A stretch of DNA of 10,458 bases from a virus (lineage: Duplodnaviria > Heunggongvirae > Uroviricota > Caudoviricetes). Positions 6,941-10,458 of this stretch are shown piece after piece (within the stretch, counting starts at the first letter, position 1; every line of letters starts with the position of its first letter). The notes beneath the pieces were generated by a model. It ran no database searches. It saw nothing but the letters and a program-made list of their open reading frames with translations, and was not told the origin of the DNA. The stretch lies in the IMG/VR virus record IMGVR_UViG_2563366942_000013. One strand, written 5' to 3'. The position numbers were made by a program, and so were the translations under genes.

Positions 6941-8455
6941 TCAGCCTGTTACATCAAAACCTTTACTGCCGGAAACGGTTACTATGTTAATCGCTGAAAT
7001 TTGCCCTACCATTTCTGGTTTTAATGTAAATTTTGCGTACTGGAATCCGAAATCATCTACACCTGATGCACTTAAGATCATATTTGACGACTTGTTCCAT
7101 TTAGTCGGATTTGTTGAATTGATTAGCAGGTTAGTTCTTTGCCCCTCAATAAGCAGGCCATCACGTTCAAATCGTGGCTCGTCAATGGCAGCCTCTGTCA
7201 GCACACCAGATTTATTAATGTAAGTTGCTTTCGATGCGCGTTTAAACTTTACAATCTTGTCGCCAGGCATTGTTATTTCATCGTCGCCAATAACAATTTT
7301 TTTATATGATGGCGAAAAGCCCGTAATCATATCCAGTGAATCATTAAACGGTATCCACACATCAGGCAGTGGCTGTAAGACATATTTATACGGCTCTGCT
7401 GCCTGACTTGCATACTCTCTGGCTGCGTCTTCACTTGCTTTAGCTGCTGTCTGGCTTGCTGCCGATGCTTTCGCCGAGTTCGCCGCTGCAGTCTCGCTTG
7501 TCTTTGCATTGGTTTCACTGGTTTTTGCTGCTTTTTGACTGTTGGCTGATGCAGTGGCAGAAGCAGCCGCCGCGCTTGCAGAACTGGCTGCGGCACTCTC
7601 GCTTTGGGCCGCTGCATCCTGACTGCTTTTCGCCGCAGTTTCACTGGCTTTGGCATTCGTTTCGCTGGTCTTCGCTGCCGTCTGGCTGGACTTTGCGTTA
7701 GTTTCACTCGTCTTCGCAGCTTTCTGGCTGTTAGCCGCAGCAGTTGCTGATCCAGCTGCTGAAGTCGCAGAACCGGCTGCCGCGCTCTCGCTTTGGGCTG
7801 CTGAAACCTGGCTGTTTTTTGCTGCAGTTTCACTGGCTTTAGCATTCGTTTCGCTGGTCTTCGCTGCCGTCTGGCTGGACTTTGCGTTGGTTTCGCTTGT
7901 CGTTGCGGCTGTCTCGCTATTTTTCGCGTTGGTTTCTGATTTTTTAGCTGCTGTTGCGGAGTTTGCCGATGCAGTCTGCGAGGCCGCTGCCGCCTGTGCG
8001 CTGTTAGCTGCATTCGTTTCTGAGGTTTTCGCCGCGTTCTTCGATGATGCCGCTGCAGTTTCGGATTTCTTTGCCGCCGCTGCGCTCTGAGAGGCGGCTT
8101 CAGCGTTGCGTGCCGCTTCTTCCACCATTTCCTCAAAACGACGCAATGCCTCCGGCATGACATCATCTTCCGTCATGGCACCGAGAAAATCATTCAGCGT
8201 ACCTGGTCTGGAACCTTCATAGACGGTAATGGTTCCGGCATGTGAAGGCGGAAAACCTTCAACCAGCAGGGTGACGCTGTACTGGCCATACTCAACATCC
8301 ATGCTGTAACGCCCGGCTTCATCCGGATTTTCAGAGGCCACTGTGTTGACCAGTACCGTGGTGCTGTTACGCTTTGCCTTCAGTTGAATAGTGCAGTTCT
8401 GTATTGGTTTTCCCGCACCATCTTTCAGCACACCTGAGATTTTTACTGCTGCCAT
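6941..8455 (-). CDS. stf: Side tail fibre protein Stf (lambda-like N-terminus, Ser/Ala/Thr-rich repeat region, distinct distal segment)
   Basis: MAAVKISGVLKDGAGKPIQNCTIQLKAKRNSTTVLVNTVASENPDEAGRYSMDVEYGQYSV... closely resembles the lambda/Rac Stf N-terminus as recalled. GGAG Shine-Dalgarno 5 nt upstream of ATG at 8455 (track start at GTG 8461 is probably an over-extension). Ends at TGA 6941-6943. Confidence 0.85.
   Translation of the reverse strand: MAAVKISGVLKDGAGKPIQNCTIQLKAKRNSTTVLVNTVASENPDEAGRYSMDVEYGQYSVTLLVEGFPPSHAGTITVYEGSRPGTLNDFLGAMTEDDVMPEALRRFEEMVEEAARNAEAASQSAAAAKKSETAAASSKNAAKTSETNAANSAQAAAASQTASANSATAAKKSETNAKNSETAATTSETNAKSSQTAAKTSETNAKASETAAKNSQVSAAQSESAAAGSATSAAGSATAAANSQKAAKTSETNAKSSQTAAKTSETNAKASETAAKSSQDAAAQSESAAASSASAAAASATASANSQKAAKTSETNAKTSETAAANSAKASAASQTAAKASEDAAREYASQAAEPYKYVLQPLPDVWIPFNDSLDMITGFSPSYKKIVIGDDEITMPGDKIVKFKRASKATYINKSGVLTEAAIDEPRFERDGLLIEGQRTNLLINSTNPTKWNKSSNMILSASGVDDFGFQYAKFTLKPEMVGQISAINIVTVSGSKGFDVTG
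7596..7973. repeat. Imperfect tandem direct repeats inside stf (189-bp spacing, about 115-bp conserved core, nested 42-bp/14-aa sub-repeats)
   Basis: CTCTCGCTTTGGGC... recurs at 7596 and 7785; protein shows repeated AAKTSETNAKxSxT units. More degenerate copies extend to about 7440-8060. Confidence 0.6.
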
Positions 8456-8463
8456 ATCCACTC

Positions 8464-8493
8464 CACAAAAAAGCCCGCCTGAACCGGCGGGCT
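8464..8493 (-). terminator. Rho-independent terminator downstream of lom / upstream of stf
   Basis: Minus strand: GCCCGCC-GGTTCA-GGCGGGC followed by TTTTTTGTGGAG; the T-tract runs into the stf Shine-Dalgarno. Confidence 0.6.
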
Positions 8494-8519
8494 GTCATAA
8501 CACTGTGTTACCTGGCTAA

Positions 8520-9119
8520 TCAGAATTTATAACCGACACCAACGATGAAACCGTCAGTGCGCCAGTCACCACTGCCAGAACCTTCATAAGCAATATCAAT
8601 GGCCACGGATTCGGTCGGGTTAAACTGCACGCCAGCCCCCCACGCCAGAGACGTGTTGCTGTGGCGATCGTCATCACTTCCGGTCAGCACATCGTGCGTT
8701 TTCCCCTTGTTGTCAGTTACGCGGAGATAATCCCCGGAGAACGTCGAAACACGGCTGTAAGCCACACCTGCCATCGCATAAGCACTGAACCATTCATTCA
8801 CGCGTACAGATGGCCCCGCCATCATGCTGAACCAGCGGTTACGCACTGAATCTTCATGCCAGCGGGTATCGCTGTAATGCGTTTTTTGCTCACCTTTGGC
8901 ATTGGCATAACTGAATGACGTCACCAGCCCCAGCGTGTCCGTAAATTCATAACGGTATTTCACGTTAATGCCCTTCAGGTCATCACTGCCTGGCATATCA
9001 GTATGGGTTTGAAGATACCCGGCGCTTAGTGTGGACTGATGCTCTGCTGCGCTCGCTGACGTACCAGCAGCAACCAGCCAGACTACTGCGGACAGAATAA
9101 CAGCACATAATTTACGCAT
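8520..9119 (-). CDS. lom: Lom/Ail/PagC-family outer-membrane protein (prophage moron)
   Basis: 199 aa with signal peptide (MRKLCAVILSAVVWLVAAGTSASA) and C-terminus DIAYEGSGSGDWRTDGFIVGVGYKF matching lambda Lom as recalled; GAGAGG RBS upstream; location between J and stf as in lambda. Confidence 0.9.
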   Translation of the reverse strand: MRKLCAVILSAVVWLVAAGTSASAAEHQSTLSAGYLQTHTDMPGSDDLKGINVKYRYEFTDTLGLVTSFSYANAKGEQKTHYSDTRWHEDSVRNRWFSMMAGPSVRVNEWFSAYAMAGVAYSRVSTFSGDYLRVTDNKGKTHDVLTGSDDDRHSNTSLAWGAGVQFNPTESVAIDIAYEGSGSGDWRTDGFIVGVGYKF

Positions 9120-9140
9120 AATTACCTCTCGCTTTTCTGC

Positions 9141-9167
9141 AATAAAAAAGGCGTCATTTCTGACGCC
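9141..9167 (-). terminator. Rho-independent terminator downstream of J
   Basis: Minus strand: GGCGTCA-GAAA-TGACGCC followed by TTTTTTATT, between the J stop (9187) and the lom RBS. Confidence 0.65.
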
Positions 9168-9186
9168 CGTATTGGGGTTATAAAAT

Positions 9187-10458
9187 TCAGCTGATACTGA
9201 TGCCTGCGGTGGCTTTCTTCATCACCACAACCAGCAAATCGCTGATACTTGCTGTGGGATACCAGTCATTTACCAGCCATGCTGACACCGAAAACTCCAG
9301 CGTCATGTGACCGTGACCGGCAGGCATATCAATAACGCCACTGTAAATCAGCGTATTATCCAGCGCGGTACGGTTATAAATTTCAGCACCGTTTTTCCGC
9401 ACTATCAGACGGCATGAGGAGTAAATATCAGTATGCTCTCTCTCATGTTTAGCGCCGCTGAATGCCACCGCCGGAATAACAATCTGCCGGTCAAACGGCT
9501 GATCGTCATAAATCCTGACGGTAATGGTCCCTGATGGCCACCGTTCCGGTGCACGGGAGTCCCGGGGGAAAGCTTTGCCCACTGTTTTAACGAGATCGCC
9601 TTCAATCTGGTTCGCGGACAGTTTTCCCAGAACCCGGCAGTTCTCGTTAATCGTGACGTTGTTGAGCGTCCCGGAGTTCGCATTCACGTTACCGCTGATA
9701 TCGGCATTTTTCGCCGTCAGCCGCCCGTCCGGTGTCAGGGAAAATGCCGGAGGATTACCGCCGCTGGTAATGGTGGGAGCCGTCAGATATTTCAGGAACA
9801 CTTCGTTCATGAATATCTGATCGCCCTGCCCAACAAACATCGGCTTTGTGTTGCCATTCGCAGGATTAATCATCGCAATCCTGTCTGCCGCCAGCAGCAC
9901 CTGACTCTGCATGCCGTCAGGGGTGTTTTCAATACCGGCACCAATACCCGCGATATAAAGGCGTCCGTCCTGCATCTGCTGCAGCTTCACAGCCCACATG
10001 CTGTTCAGGTTATTATTTGTATCAACCTGAACCTTCTGTATCTGCTGGATCGCTGCACTCTGGTCTTCCAGTTTCTTATTGACGGTCTGCGTGATTTCAT
10101 TACTGACATCCGTGATGGACGTTCTGATTTCCGCCAGGTCAGGCGCAAGCTGACCGTTATCAATCTGCGTCCACAACTCCTGAGCCAGATGGGTTTTCCC
10201 TATCTCTCCTTTGAAAAAATCCAGATAGCCGGATGCATCATCACTCGGCTGGCCAACAGCCTCCACGAATGCCGATTTGCCAACGGTGTTCACACTGCGG
10301 ATGTAAAAATAATAATCATGGCCCGGCTTGATATTGATACTGGCAGCTATCCAGTACAGCGCCGTGCCAAGATAGCGGGCTGTGGTTTCAACCTGCCTGA
10401 TATCCGCAATCCGCTTTTCCGAGAACCAGAACTCAAACTGTACCGTCGGATCATAAAC
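9187..10458 (-). CDS. J: Tail tip / host specificity protein J (central tail fibre), C-terminal portion; 5-prime end lies beyond the window
   Basis: Frame is open from the window edge through 9187. Translation ([19 protein letters not shown]..., [39 protein letters not shown], ...DMPAGHG...) matches the lambda J C-terminal region as recalled. Track start at 10293 is an internal GTG. Confidence 0.9.
   Translation of the reverse strand, partial: VYDPTVQFEFWFSEKRIADIRQVETTARYLGTALYWIAASINIKPGHDYYFYIRSVNTVGKSAFVEAVGQPSDDASGYLDFFKGEIGKTHLAQELWTQIDNGQLAPDLAEIRTSITDVSNEITQTVNKKLEDQSAAIQQIQKVQVDTNNNLNSMWAVKLQQMQDGRLYIAGIGAGIENTPDGMQSQVLLAADRIAMINPANGNTKPMFVGQGDQIFMNEVFLKYLTAPTITSGGNPPAFSLTPDGRLTAKNADISGNVNANSGTLNNVTINENCRVLGKLSANQIEGDLVKTVGKAFPRDSRAPERWPSGTITVRIYDDQPFDRQIVIPAVAFSGAKHEREHTDIYSSCRLIVRKNGAEIYNRTALDNTLIYSGVIDMPAGHGHMTLEFSVSAWLVNDWYPTASISDLLVVVMKKATAGISIS

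Noticed and set aside
7650-8090. 146-aa plus-strand ORF (Ala/Phe/Val-rich)
   Set aside because: Antisense to the stf repeat region; same artefact.
7327-8166. 279-aa minus-strand ORF, extremely Arg/Gln/Lys-rich
   Set aside because: Lies entirely within stf in an alternative frame across the GC-rich repeat region; composition is an artefact of translating Ala/Ser-rich repeats out of frame.
9405-9820. 92-aa and 98-aa ORFs inside J
   Set aside because: Overlap the J coding region in other frames or strand.
1-10458. CRISPR arrays, tRNA or rRNA genes
   Set aside because: No regularly spaced short direct repeats with unique spacers, and no cloverleaf-like or rRNA-like segments were seen; the only tandem repeats are coding repeats in stf.

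Overview
This window reads as the right-hand end of a Qin-like lambdoid prophage in an E. coli/Shigella-type chromosome, abutting the host MFS transporter gene ydfJ. All calls rest on reading the sequence and recalled family motifs; no database search was run. On the minus strand, right to left: the 3-prime part of tail-tip gene J, then lom flanked by two intrinsic terminators, then a side-tail-fibre gene (stf) with a lambda-like N-terminus and Ser/Ala/Thr-rich tandem repeats. The most interesting region follows: a visibly AT-richer, tightly coupled four-ORF module where stf/tfa distal parts would normally sit. It comprises a LamG-like lectin-domain ORF in frame with stf across a single TGA, a 93-aa acidic ORF, a 234-aa coiled-coil protein with a C-terminal peptidase-S74 intramolecular-chaperone domain, and a 97-aa membrane protein. 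Next to it sits an intact IS629-like IS3-family element (1310 bp, 24-bp inverted repeats, 3-bp CAC duplication) and a 39-codon remnant of a tail-fibre assembly gene (tfa). On the plus strand are the serine invertase pinQ and the small gene ydfK, then about 750 bp of AT-rich non-coding DNA and ydfJ, which appears N-terminally truncated by the prophage. No rRNA, tRNA or CRISPR array was seen.
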